Positions 24,309 through 35,038 of a DNA stretch of 64,000 bases are shown one piece after another; position 1 is the stretch's first letter; the number at the start of each line of letters is the position of its first letter. Under the pieces are notes generated by a model. That model ran no database searches. It was not told where the DNA came from and saw only the letters and a program-made list of their open reading frames with translations. The stretch is from an uncultured Gemmatimonadales bacterium (lineage in GTDB: Bacteria; Gemmatimonadota; Gemmatimonadetes; Gemmatimonadales; GWC2-71-9). Location: NCBI GenBank assembly GCA_963842945.1, contig CAWJIM010000006.1, forward strand, positions 96,001-160,000, read 5' to 3'. The position numbers and the translations under genes were made by a program.

Positions 24309-24869
24309 TCAAGGCTCCTGCATGGCGCGATGCAGCAGCAGTCGGGCCTTGCGCCAGTCCCGCTGCACCGTACGCTCCGACACTCGCCGCAGCTCGGCCA
24401 CCTCGGCGAACGAAAAGCCGCAGAAGAAGTGCAGGTCCACCAGTTGGGCCAGCCCGGGATCCGCTCCGGCGAGCGTGTCGAGCGCGCTACCGAGCTGCTC
24501 GAGGTTGTCAGAGGGAGCTCCGTCGAGGGCCGCCACTTCCGCGCCCGACGAAGTGATGTAGAACTCGCCACCCCGCTTCTTGGCCCGGCGGCTGCGGGCG
24601 TAGTCGATCATCAGTCCCCGCATCGCCCGGGCCGCATAAGTCAGGAACTGCGGCCGGCTGGCAAAGTGGACTCCTTCTCGCTCGGCGATGTTGAGGTAGG
24701 CTTCGTGCAGGAGGGTGGTCGTGCCGAGGGTGAGCTCGGCGCCGCTGCGATGAAGCTCGCGCTCGGCGATCGCGTGCAGCTCGCGATAGAGTACCGCGAA
24801 CAGCGCGCTCGCCGCCGCTCCGTCACCGGTTTCGGCAGTGGAGATGAGCTGGCCGATGGGCGCGTCCAT
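24309..24869 (-). CDS. ECF sigma factor (TIGR02999 / ECF43-like)
   Basis: LYRELHAIA, TLGTTTLLHEAYL, AARAMR.LMIDYAR..AKKRGG, SERTVQRDWRKAR. Confidence 0.92.
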   Translation of the reverse strand: MDAPIGQLISTAETGDGAAASALFAVLYRELHAIAERELHRSGAELTLGTTTLLHEAYLNIAEREGVHFASRPQFLTYAARAMRGLMIDYARSRRAKKRGGEFYITSSGAEVAALDGAPSDNLEQLGSALDTLAGADPGLAQLVDLHFFCGFSFAEVAELRRVSERTVQRDWRKARLLLHRAMQEP

Positions 24870-24905
24870 GCCCGCTTGCTCCCCGAACCACGATTGTGTC
24901 CGGAG

Positions 24906-24934
24906 AACTTACGGTTCTCCCGCGAGAGCGTCAA
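24906..24934 (-). promoter_or_regulatory. Sigma70-like promoter for the ECF gene
   Basis: TTGACG-17 bp-TAAGTT; the -10 lies within the inverted repeat GGAGAAC-N5-GTTCTCC. Confidence 0.55.
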
Positions 24935-24997
24935 ACAGGCTGCACTACGCAGTCGACACCGGTAACGGATCGCGGTCGCGAGAATGGCCTCTGTGGT

Positions 24998-25060
24998 ATC
25001 GGCGACTCGTGGAGGAAGCGAGGAACGCAGTTGTCCGGCTGACAGACCGAGGCGATTAGG
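24998..25060 (+). repeat. 63-bp direct repeat, copy 2 (orphan kinase 3' end)
   Basis: Encodes RRLVEEARNAVVRLTDRGD* versus RRLVEEARNAVVRLMDRGD* in the kinase. Confidence 0.92.
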
Positions 25061-25062
25061 GC

Positions 25063-25789
25063 TTACGCTATGTCAGCCCCTACCTCGCCCGCGTTTTTAG
25101 CAGCTTCGGCAATGAGATCGACTACGGCTTCAGGGCGGGAAACGTAGACTGCGTGACTGCCGGGCACTTCCACGACGGTCGAACCAGCGCGCTGGGACAT
25201 GGCGCGCTGTGCCGGCGGAGGTATCATGCGATCGTCCTTAGCGACCAAATACCAGCTTGGCTTGGACTTCCAGGCCGGCTCGCTGATCGCGCCCTGAAGC
25301 GCCTCTAACCCCCACGGCACTTGAGCGTCGGCCATGAACGCGGCGAGCTCGGGGTCGACATCGGCAGCGAAGGAAGCAGCGAACTTCGCCTTGTCGAGTA
25401 GAAGGAAACCGTCTCGAGGTGGCAGGATAGGAGGCACCGGTGCTCCAGCCGGCGGGTCCTTGATCAACGAAGCCACCGACTCGCCAGCGTCCGGCGCGAA
25501 CGCGGCAATGTAGACCAGTCCTGCGACGCTGGGATCATTGCCGGCTTCCGTTACGACCACTCCACCGTACGAATGGCCAACCAGGATGACGGGGCCCTTC
25601 TGCTGCGACAGCACCCACCGGGTCGCCCTGACGTCGTCCGCCAGGGATGTAGTCGGATTCTGAACTATGCTGACGGTGAACCCTTGCTGAGCGCAGTTGC
25701 CGGTAAACTCCTTCCCAACCGGACCCGTCCACGAACCCTCCGTGAACCAGCACGATGTTCCTGATGGTACCGGCAGCTTGATCCGACAT
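25063..25789 (-). CDS. Alpha/beta hydrolase (Abhydrolase_6; frameshift ~25690)
   Basis: IVLVHGGFVDGSGW, GHSYGG, DDRMIPP, GSHAVYVSRP. Confidence 0.88.
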
Positions 25790-25853
25790 AGATGAACCTC
25801 ACAAAAGGATGGCGACGGCCTACCGGCCGCCGCCCTGCGCGCAATAGCCGGTG

Positions 25854-26385
25854 CTAGTCCTCTTTGATGTCTACTTCAATGATCTCAGGAGTTCCCTGCC
25901 CACCCATCCCCAGGGTATGCTCCATCTCCGAGACGTTCGGCTTCGGCGAAATGAGGAGCACCGCGGATTCGCCGGGGTTCAACATGCCCGACCACCTTCT
26001 TTAAGTCCTTCTCCGACAAGCGGCTGGCGGGCCCGCTCTTGGGCGCGTAGGCCTTCGCCGAATCTTCCGCATTCGCCGGCAACGCGCTCAGCCTTGCGAT
26101 TGAGGTGTCGATGGTCTCGCTGGCTACCATTGCCCTGTCGGAGCCGCCGGCCTTATTGTGCCGCTGCGTGACCTCCACCTTGCCGGTCTTGTCCTTAACG
26201 AGGACGGCGTAGGCTTCGACCAAGTCATAGGTCTTCTTGTTCATGTTCCGCATTATGGTCGCCGCCGACCCTGGGTCTCCCCAGACGGCGTAGACCATCT
26301 TGAGGTCTTGGGCCAGTACCGCACGGGGGCCGGCGACCAGCATAAACGCGGTAAGTGACAGGTACCACGCGCGATAGGTTCTCAT
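25854..26385 (-). CDS. Secreted hypothetical protein (frameshift ~25990); paralog of 5054-5570
   Basis: Signal peptide MRTYRAWYLSL..VLA; EAYAVLVKDKTGKV; RLSEKDLKKVVG; GGAGG RBS. Confidence 0.72.
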
Positions 26386-26437
26386 GCCCTCCTCCAAAGA
26401 CTCAGTTGAAATGGGAGACCGAGTGGCCGGCTCACCC

Positions 26438-26484
26438 AATCTAGGGAGAAGGAGCTGGTCCGGCACCTCGATGTTAGTGTAGGT
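26438..26484 (-). promoter_or_regulatory. ACCT-N12-AGGT box (26465-26484) plus -10 TAGATT
   Basis: 19/20 identical to the box at 5649-5668, with the same 21-bp spacer. Confidence 0.6.
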
Positions 26485-26488
26485 CCAA

Positions 26489-27820
26489 TTACCGAAACCG
26501 CGCTGACTCGAACTCCTTGGTGAGCCGATGCGGGGGGGCTTTCGGTAGCAACAGCGCTCCGACAAACGTCACCGCAGCGGCTCCGGTCAGATACAGCGCC
26601 GGCGCTAGGGGCAGCCCACTCCGGGAGACCATCCAGGCCGCGACCAGCGGAGTGGTCCCCCCGAGCACCGCCATCCCGATGTTGTACGCGACCGAAAGCA
26701 CGGTGCAGCGCACCCGCCAGGGCGCCAGCTCGGCCATGGTGGCGGGCAACAGCCCGGCGTTTCCCGAAACCAGCAGGGCCAGCCCGGTTTGGCCCACGAG
26801 CATTCCGCCTGTCTTGCCCTGCGCCATGAGCACCATGAGCGGATACGCCAGCAGCGTAAACGCTGCGGCCGTCAGCAGGAATACGGGGCGCCGCCCCCAT
26901 CGATCGCTTGCCAGCCCCGACAGGGGAAGCGCGAAAAGCGATAGTGCCATGGCCAGAGTGTTGATCTCGAGCGCGGTGCTGGACGGCACCCCGGTAACCT
27001 GGTGCAGCCAGGTAGGCGCGTACACGAAGGTGGTGTAGAAGCCGACGCTGATGGCGGAGACCAGCGCGACGAGGTGCAGCATCGTCCGCCAGTGGCTCCG
27101 GAACGCTTCGCCCAGAGGCGACTTGGCCGGCGCCTGGTGGGGCACCCGTTCGATGTAATGCCTTCGGATCGCGAGTCCCCCCAGCCCGACGCCGAGTCCG
27201 AGGATGAACGGGATGCGCCAGCCGTACGCCATCACCGCTGCGGGCGACATGGTGGCATTCACGATCGCGCCGGCCGCCGAGCCCAGCAGAACCCCTGTCG
27301 TCGCGCCGATCGGGCCCCAGCTTCCCATCCATCCCCGTCGCCCTGGATCGGCGCCCTCGACCAGGAACACGGCCGAGGCCATGTACTCGCCACCCACGGC
27401 GAGGCCCTGGAGAAGCCGGAACACCAGGAGCAGGATGGGCGCCGCGAGCCCGATGGTCGTCGTGCTCGGCAGGACTCCGATCAGGAAGGAAGGGATCGCC
27501 ATAGCCAATACCGACCAGATCAGCGCCTGCTTGCGGCCGTACCGGTCGCCGACCAAGCCAAACAGGGCCCCACCAACGGGTCGCATGAAAAACCCGGCGG
27601 CAAAGGTGCCGAAGGCAGCGAGGAGGGAAGCGGTGGGGTTATCGGCCGGGAAGAAGTGAGCCCCAATCTGCTGGGCGAAGAAACCGAAGAGAGCGAAGTC
27701 GTACCACTCGAGGATGTTGCCCACGACCCCTGCGATGACTCCCCGGCGGACTGCGAGGGGGGTGCGGAACTCCTGCGTGATCACATCGGGCGGAGTGATC
27801 GAGGGTTCGATGACAGTCAT
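26489..27820 (-). CDS. MFS transporter, MHS/ProP-like
   Basis: GNILEWYDF, FFMRPVGG, GDRYGRK, RLLQGLAVGGE, GGTTPLVA. Confidence 0.93.
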   Translation of the reverse strand: MTVIEPSITPPDVITQEFRTPLAVRRGVIAGVVGNILEWYDFALFGFFAQQIGAHFFPADNPTASLLAAFGTFAAGFFMRPVGGALFGLVGDRYGRKQALIWSVLAMAIPSFLIGVLPSTTTIGLAAPILLLVFRLLQGLAVGGEYMASAVFLVEGADPGRRGWMGSWGPIGATTGVLLGSAAGAIVNATMSPAAVMAYGWRIPFILGLGVGLGGLAIRRHYIERVPHQAPAKSPLGEAFRSHWRTMLHLVALVSAISVGFYTTFVYAPTWLHQVTGVPSSTALEINTLAMALSLFALPLSGLASDRWGRRPVFLLTAAAFTLLAYPLMVLMAQGKTGGMLVGQTGLALLVSGNAGLLPATMAELAPWRVRCTVLSVAYNIGMAVLGGTTPLVAAWMVSRSGLPLAPALYLTGAAAVTFVGALLLPKAPPHRLTKEFESARFR

Positions 27821-28424
27821 GGCTACGGTCCCGCGAGGATGAAGGAGAACTGAGCGACCGCCTCGCTCGTACCAAAGTCCAGTATCTGACCCTCAGTCTC
27901 GCCACCATCTTGCTTTTTCGCCAGGATGTTCAGGCTTCGGCCTGCGGTTAGTCTCGATCACCAGAATGTGATACGTGAACGCCCCGCCTTCTTGAGACCA
28001 GGCTACCAAGAGCATCAGCGCAGATCCAGCGAATGGTCCAGCGGGTGCGGGATCGTCACATAGAGCCGGGCCGTCGTGGCGGCCCCACATAGCCATGATG
28101 TGCAATCATTCTTAAGGAGACGGAGCAATGGCCGGGAGAAGCGCAGCGCCAGGGCCGGCTGAGCCTAAGGTGGCCAACAGTCGCCAACATCGGAGGAAGC
28201 CCGAGAACGGGTCTGAGACCACGGCGAACCACAGGAAAACCGAGAAGGACGTCGATAAGCTGATCCACTGTCTGGCCGAATGGACTGAGGATGTGCGAAC
28301 AGCACGCTCCGCCGCCCCAGAAGCACCCCTGCGCAAAAGGCATCCCCCCTCCCACGGGCGAAGGGTTGTCCCTACCGTGTCACTGGCTCGGTTCTATCCG
28401 CGGGGGGATCCCCTCACTCAATCC

Positions 28425-28892
28425 ATGGAATTCAAGGATCGGGACGGAGCGGTTTGGCTGGCGTACGTCGAGGGCGCTCCAGGGACTCCACGGCGGCAAC
28501 GGGGACGGGTACGCGGCACCACTCTACCGGAACGCCACCTCCGCTTTGACTCGGCAACCGAGTCGCTATTCACGTCCGTTGTGCCCGCGGGCTCGCCGTT
28601 CCTGGCGGAAGCCCGGCTCCAATGCCTCTTGGACGAAGCCCGATCCGACCCACCCCTGGCCTCGACCAACCGCCCGCCGGCGCCAGCCATCTGGTATCGG
28701 CGGATTGAGTGGCCCACTCGGGCCGTTGAATCGGGTCGTGAGGAGATAGCGGGCTGGGCCCGACGGTGGCAGCAGACAGCGAGTCGCAGGGAGGCACTGC
28801 GCCACCACTTCGTCGAGCTGCTGTCCGGAGCCGCCAACACGATGCACGGGATGCTCGAGGTCCTCCTGGGCCAGCGGCCGGCTCGGCCGTAG
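28425..28892 (+). CDS. Hypothetical protein (may start at 28128)
   Basis: MEFKDRDGAVWLAYVE..LRFDS ORF; an RBS-preceded in-frame ATG exists at 28128. Confidence 0.5.
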   Translation: MEFKDRDGAVWLAYVEGAPGTPRRQRGRVRGTTLPERHLRFDSATESLFTSVVPAGSPFLAEARLQCLLDEARSDPPLASTNRPPAPAIWYRRIEWPTRAVESGREEIAGWARRWQQTASRREALRHHFVELLSGAANTMHGMLEVLLGQRPARP

Positions 28893-29182
28893 GCCGGCCG
28901 TCCGCCCGGCGCAAACCAGCCCAGCTCAGGAGTTGCCGCCGGAAGATGAGACCCAAACAAAATGGCTCCCGCGATCGCGGGAGCCATCGGCTCATGCATC
29001 AGTTCCGTTCCCAGGCAACCTCACACCCGCACCACGTTCTTTCCCACGCTCCGCCTGAGCTGCGCCGTCGCATATTTCCCCCGTATGGGATGCCTGAGCT
29101 AAAAAGATTGCAGGGCACTCGAGTCCGGCGAGAGACTCATCCGTAGAAACCTTGGCCTTCCGGGACCCTGGAGGATGCTGAA

Positions 29183-30748
29183 ATGACGTATGCGGCCCCG
29201 TCGAGATCCAACTCCCGTATGGTGGCGCTTTGCCTGTCGGTGGCCACTCTGTTGTACGCCAGGCAGATAGCCATGTGGGCCGTGCCTCGAAACCGGTTCT
29301 ACACCCTCTGGCAGCGGACAGACACGTTGGTACTCTGCGTCAGTCTCCTGGGAATGGCGTTGTTGCTTTATCTCGCCGCCTGGATGGTGCTGCGAGCCTT
29401 TCGGGGCGGAAGAGTCCTACGCTGGCTCACCATCATTCTCCTAGCTGACATCCTCATCGGCTACGCCGGTGGGGGGAGGGCCAGCCGTCACGTCGCCGCG
29501 TTCACCGCGGCCTGGGCAGGCGTGGCGGGCGTCGGGCTCTATGCCGCGTCCCGCCCGGGCTCACGGCTGCTCGAGCGGGGCACAACCATCCTGGCCGCCC
29601 TGGCGTGGCTCGCGCCGATCTGCCTGTTGCAGATGCTGCTCTGGAAACCATGGGATGTGCGGACGACTATCGAACGGAGCGCACCAGGTCAGACGACAGG
29701 CACCCGGATACCGGTCTTCCTCTTCGTGTTTGACGAGTGGTCGTTTCAGCGTAGCTATGACCACAACGAGCTACAGCCGTTCTTTCGAAATCTCCGGAAG
29801 CTGGCCAGCCACTCTCTCGAGTTCACCAATGCCCACTCGCTTGCCGGATCGACCAACCCTTCCATACCCCGCTTGATCTTCCAGCGCGATGGCGTGCTGA
29901 TACCGAAGAACGGTGTTGCCCTGTGGAGGCAAGGAGATACGACCCTGCCCTCCGCCAAGCTGCCTAGCATCTTCGCCGCCGCCCGAGAGCGCGGCTACCA
30001 CACTTCACTTATCGGGTTCTACTTTCCCTACCGCGCGCTCCTGGGCGATCAAGTGGACCATATCGTCCATCAGTCCTACGACTCCAAAGGTCTGCGGTTG
30101 GGGCAACGGCTGCTGTTGTTCAGCGCCTGGAATCTTTATTTCCTGGCCGATCCCCTGAGCCAGCTCCTCTGGAAGACCTGGAACACCCCCCGGGTGAGCG
30201 AGAACTGGGTGGACATCAATCAGGCCTGGCGCGGCTTCGTCCGCGAGCTCGTGCGGGGCTCCGATGCGAACACCTTCGCCATGGTACACTGGCCATTGCC
30301 CCACGGGCCCTTCGTCCTGAACGAGGACGGCACTTATCACGGGCCATTCAAGGTGAGCCGGGTGGAGGGCACACCGGAGGAGTACCGGCGGCATCTCGCT
30401 TTTCTGGATCGGGTATTAGGCGAGGCGATTGCGGAGCTGGATTCAGCCGGCCTGCTGGATCGTGCGCTCGTGATCGTGACCTCCGACCACTCCTGGAAGA
30501 CCGAAACCGACTCGGCGCTGTGGTCCGCTCCGGAGGCCAGGACCTGGGTGCCGCTCATCGTGAAGCTGCCGCACCAGACCACCGGCCTCCGGGTGCCGGA
30601 GCGGTTCTGTTTGGGCCAACTGGATGCGCTGCTGCAGCGGGTGATGGATACAACGCTGACCGAGCGGAGCGCGGCTGAGGAAGTCAGAACGCTACCGTCG
30701 AGCAGCCCGTGCATCCCACCCCGAGTCCGGCACCGGCAGCACCACTGA
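29183..30748 (+). CDS. Membrane-anchored sulfatase-like / alkaline-phosphatase-superfamily transferase
   Basis: N-terminal TM helices; FLFVFDEWS, PLPHGPF, IVTSDH, VPLIVKLP. Confidence 0.8.
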   Translation: MTYAAPSRSNSRMVALCLSVATLLYARQIAMWAVPRNRFYTLWQRTDTLVLCVSLLGMALLLYLAAWMVLRAFRGGRVLRWLTIILLADILIGYAGGGRASRHVAAFTAAWAGVAGVGLYAASRPGSRLLERGTTILAALAWLAPICLLQMLLWKPWDVRTTIERSAPGQTTGTRIPVFLFVFDEWSFQRSYDHNELQPFFRNLRKLASHSLEFTNAHSLAGSTNPSIPRLIFQRDGVLIPKNGVALWRQGDTTLPSAKLPSIFAAARERGYHTSLIGFYFPYRALLGDQVDHIVHQSYDSKGLRLGQRLLLFSAWNLYFLADPLSQLLWKTWNTPRVSENWVDINQAWRGFVRELVRGSDANTFAMVHWPLPHGPFVLNEDGTYHGPFKVSRVEGTPEEYRRHLAFLDRVLGEAIAELDSAGLLDRALVIVTSDHSWKTETDSALWSAPEARTWVPLIVKLPHQTTGLRVPERFCLGQLDALLQRVMDTTLTERSAAEEVRTLPSSSPCIPPRVRHRQHH

Positions 30749-30793
30749 ACAAACGCGCGAGACAGCCTTACGGTCGAACGGAAATTCTGCCTC

Positions 30794-30814
30794 TTCCGGA
30801 CAGTCACAGTGACC
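30794..30814 (+). repeat. 21-bp exact repeat TTCCGGACAGTCACAGTGACC, copy 1
   Basis: Identical to 34879-34899. Confidence 0.85.
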
Positions 30815-30821
30815 CGGCGGC

Positions 30822-31985
30822 CTACAATATTTCCGGAACAGGATTCAGCTCCCCCTCCTGAAACCGGCTGGGTCGGAGAGGACGGACGTCCATCGTCGAG
30901 GCCGCGCCGTCGCTTATTACCTCCGCCAGGAGCTGGCCCAGGGCCGGCGCATGCATCACTCCGTGCCCCGAGCAGCCATTCAACAGGAACAGGTTGGGGC
31001 AGCCCGGGGCGGCGCCGAGGATGGCGTGCTTGTCGGGCGAGACCTCGTAGAGTCCGGCCCAGCAGGCGTCTCGGTCGATAGTCGCGCGACGCAGGACCGG
31101 CACCCGCCGGTGTGCCTTTTCGACCACCGCCTCGATCCACTCACCGTCCACGCCAGTATCGAATGGTCGTCCCGGCACGCCGGGCGTGGGCCAGAGCAGC
31201 AGAATCCGCCCGTCCCGCACCCGCAGATGAAAGCCGTCGGCCGTGAAGATGGTCATCGGCATGGTGTCGGGCAGGAGGTCGGTCGGTGCGGTTGCGGCCA
31301 CCTGTCGCCGGAGCGGGGCGACCGGCAGATCGAGACCGGTCCACTGCGCCACCTGGGCGGCCCACGGGCCGGCTGCGTTTACCACTGCCTCCGGGGAAAC
31401 CGGACCCCGGGAGGTCTCCACGACGGCAATGCGATTGCTCTCCGCGAGCCTGAGCCCGGTGACCTCGACCTGCCATTCCAGCTCCGCCCCCAGCCTCCGG
31501 GCCGCGGCGAGATACCCTTCAACGATGCCCAGGGGACGGATGAAACCGTCGCTGGGGCAGAACGCTCCCCCGATTACCTCATCGAGAGCGACTGCGGGAT
31601 TGAGCCGCACAATCTCCTCCGGCCCCACCTCGACCGCCTCGGTCAGGCCCTCCTGGTGCTGAACTCTCCGCGCTGCCCGGAGTACCTCGAGCTCGCTGGC
31701 CGTGGAAGCGAGCCAGAGGTACCCCGCCGGAAGGTATCCCGCATTCCCACCCGTCTCCTCGGTAAAGCAGCGGAGCTTGTCGCGGGAGAGCAGCGACAGC
31801 CGCACATTGATCGGCGTGGCGTATTGGGCGCGGAACCCGCCGGTCGCCTTGCCGGTGCTGCCCTGCCCGGGGCCGTGGGAGCGGTCGAGCACCAGGATGT
31901 CGCGCCAGCCTCGGCGCGCGAGGTGATATGCCACGCTCGCGCCGATCACGCCGGCACCGATGATGACGACCGAGGCCGTCCTCAT
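30822..31985 (-). CDS. FAD-dependent oxidoreductase (DAO / sarcosine oxidase beta-like)
   Basis: [47 protein letters not shown]. Confidence 0.92.
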   Translation of the reverse strand: MRTASVVIIGAGVIGASVAYHLARRGWRDILVLDRSHGPGQGSTGKATGGFRAQYATPINVRLSLLSRDKLRCFTEETGGNAGYLPAGYLWLASTASELEVLRAARRVQHQEGLTEAVEVGPEEIVRLNPAVALDEVIGGAFCPSDGFIRPLGIVEGYLAAARRLGAELEWQVEVTGLRLAESNRIAVVETSRGPVSPEAVVNAAGPWAAQVAQWTGLDLPVAPLRRQVAATAPTDLLPDTMPMTIFTADGFHLRVRDGRILLLWPTPGVPGRPFDTGVDGEWIEAVVEKAHRRVPVLRRATIDRDACWAGLYEVSPDKHAILGAAPGCPNLFLLNGCSGHGVMHAPALGQLLAEVISDGAASTMDVRPLRPSRFQEGELNPVPEIL

Positions 31986-32399
31986 GCGGTGAAGACGTGC
32001 TCCGGATGTTTGAAGCTTTTGAACTCGAGCGCGTTCCCGCTGGGGTCGAGGAGGAACATGGTCGCCTGCTCTCCCGGCTGTCCCGCGTAGCGGATTCTGG
32101 GCTCGAGAATGAAGGCAATCCCCGCGCTGCGGATGCGGTCGGCCAAAGCCGAAAACGCACCCCACTCCAGCAGCGCCCCGAAATGCGGCATGGGCACCTG
32201 AACGCCCTCGACCTGCCCGGTATTCTGGGTCGGCAGTCACCGGCCCGGTGGTGTGCGCCGAGATCTGGTTGCCGAAGAAATCGAAGTCGACCCAGGTATC
32301 GGTGCTGCGTCCCTCGGTGCAGCCGAGGATGTCGCCGTAGAACCGGCGCGTGGTAGAGAGATCCCGGACGAAGAAGGCGTAATGGAATGGTTGCGGCAT
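31982..32399 (-). CDS. VOC/glyoxalase family protein (frameshift ~32235)
   Basis: [22 protein letters not shown]...[28 protein letters not shown]. Confidence 0.9.
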
Positions 32400-32563
32400 A
32401 GGAGGCGTACTCGTGGCCCGCAGGGATGATTGTTACTGCCTAGCTCGCTCCCAACCTAATCTGCACCCGTTCTGATGCTGGATGGGTTGTAACCTTCAGG
32501 TCACCTTTTGCGTAGCTTTGGGCCGAACCAGTCGCCCTACCTACAGCCGCCCGGAGATGTCTG

Positions 32564-34950
32564 ATGTGCTGCTCTCGTCCTTTCGTCTGGGCCTTGGCCC
32601 TATTCCTGCCTTTCGCTTCCACCGTCGCCGCCCAGGACAGTCTTACGGTCGACCGGATCTTCAACTCCAAGGAGTTCGTCCCCGAGCAGCTGGGGCGGGT
32701 TCGCTGGCTGGAGAAGGAAGCCGCGTATGTCAAGCTGGAGACAGACAGCACCACACCCGGTGGTCAGGCGCTCGCGCGCTATGATGCCGCTACCGGTAGG
32801 CGTGAGGTCTGGGTACCGGCCGCGCGGCTGGTGCCGCCGGGGGACTCGATGCCGCTCGCGGTGGAGGAATACACCGTCTCGCCGGATAAGCGCGGGCTCC
32901 TGATCTTCACCAACTCGCAGAAGGTCTGGCGGCTGAATACCCGAGGCGACTTCTGGTACCTCGACCTATCCACCTGGCGGCTGGGAAAGTTGGGCGGCGC
33001 TCAGGCCAAGCCTTCAACGCTCATGTTCGCCAAGTTCTCGCCGGATGGGAAACGGGTAGCGTATGTCCGGGAGAACAATCTGTACGTGGAGGACCTAGAA
33101 AATCATCGCATCACGCAGCTCACTCATGACGGGTCTCGCACGATCATCAATGGGACCTTCGACTGGGTTTATGAGGAGGAGCTGAATCTGCGTGACGGGT
33201 TCCGCTGGAGCCCCGATGGCGCTCGCATCGCGTACTGGCAGCTCGATGCATCCGGGGTCCGCGATTTCCTCCTGATCAACAACACTGACTCGCTGTACTC
33301 CTTCACCATTCCAGTGCAGTACCCCAAGGCGGGCACCACCAACTCGGCCGCGCGGGTTGGCGTGGTGAGCGCGTCGGGCGGCAACACAGTCTGGCTCCGT
33401 GTTTCCGGCGATCCCCGCAACAACTACATCGCCCGCCTCGATTGGGCGGGAAGCTCGGCTGAGGTCGTACTCCAGCAGCTCAACCGGCTGCAGAATACGC
33501 TGGTGGTGATGCTGGGAGACGCCAGGACCGGCCAGGTGCGTACGGTGCACACCGAGCGGGATAGCGCCTGGGTGGATGTGGAGAACGACCTGCGCTGGCT
33601 CAATGGAGGAAAGAGCTTCACTTGGATCAGCGAACGGGACGGCTACCGCCACCTGTACCTCATCTCACGGGACGGGAAGCAGCAGCGCCTGCTCACCCAG
33701 GGAGACTTCGACCTGCATAATCCTGCGAGTGCCTTCGGTGAGCCGCTCGTGGTGGGACAGGATTCCGCCGGCGGTTGGATCTACTACACCGCATCGCCCG
33801 AGAACGCCACGCCAGCTGTACCTATTTCGTAGCCGTATCGACGGGAAGGGACCTCCCGAGCGACTGACTCCCAAGAATCAGTCCGGCTACCACCGATATT
33901 TCATCTCCGGCGATGGCCGGTGGGCAATTCACAACTACTCGTCCTTCGGCACTCCCCCCATCACCGATCTGGTCAGCCTTCCCGACCACAAGGTGATCCG
34001 GACCTTGGTGGATAATCGGCGACTGCGAGACGCCATCGCGAAGCTGAGCCCGGGACGAGCCGAGTTCGTGAAGGTCGCGGCGGGGCCGGGCCTGCAACTG
34101 GATGGCTGGGTCATGAAACCCCCGAGCTTCGACTCCACCCGTCGGTATCCGGTCTTCTTCGAGGTCTATGGCGAGCCAGCGTCGCAGACCGTACTGGATC
34201 GCTGGAATGGTGCGCGGGTATCTCTGGGATCTGATGTTCACCCAGCAGGGGTACGTGGTAGCCTCGGTAGATAATCGCGGTACACCCGCTCCCCGCGGCC
34301 GCGCGTTTCGCAAAGCCATCTACCAGAAGGTCGGAGTGCTCAATGTCGGCGATCAGGCCGCGGCGCTTCGCACCATGCGGAGCTGGCCCTGGGTAGACTC
34401 GACCCGGATTGGCGTGTGGGGCTGGAGTGGCGGCGGTTCGATGACCTTGCATCTGATGTTCCGCCATCCCGAGCTCTACCAGACCGGCATGGCGGTGGCG
34501 CCCGAGGCCGACGTGCGGATGTATGACACGATCTATCAGGAGCGGTACCTCGGACTTCCGCAGCAGAGTCCCGAAGCCTACCGCGAGGCCTCGGCAGTGA
34601 CCTATGCGGGCAAGCTCCGCGGCAACCTTCTGGTAGTGCACGGCCAGGGAGACGACAATGTGCACTATCAGGCGACCGAGCGGCTGATCAATGCACTGGT
34701 TACTGCCAACCGGCCGTTCACCATGATGGAATATCCCAACCGAAGCCACTGCATCTGCGAAGGGGACGGGACGACGCTCCATCTCTTCTCACTCCTGACC
34801 CGATATCTGGAGCAGAATCTGCCGCCGGGGCCCCGCCCCGCGGCTTCTGCAGGATCGACCGAAGCGACTTCTGTCCCGTTCCGGACAGTCACAGTGACCT
34901 CACGCCTCCCTCGGTGCAGCCGAGGATATCGCCGTAGACCGGCGGGTTGA
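32564..34950 (+). CDS. S9B dipeptidyl-peptidase IV family (frameshifts ~33810, ~34212)
   Basis: Signal peptide; DWVYEEE, YPKAG, GWSGGG (Ser), DDNV (Asp), NRSH (His). Confidence 0.92.
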
Positions 34951-34996
34951 GGAGAGATCCCGAACGAAGAAGGCGTAATGGAATGGTTGCGGCATA
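34879..34996 (-). pseudogene. Remnant second copy of the VOC-FAD locus (21-bp repeat plus first ~30 codons of VOC)
   Basis: 34907-34996 matches 32310-32400; 34879-34899 equals 30794-30814. Confidence 0.88.
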
Positions 34997-35038
34997 CGTG
35001 GCATGCTCATGGCCGGCAGGGGTTACCAGGGAGTGGGG

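Noticed and set aside
30822..32399. Apparent VOC-FAD oxidoreductase fusion (525 aa)
   Set aside because: Produced by one indel at ~32235; the VOC C-terminus is intact in another frame with an ATGA overlap at 31982-31985
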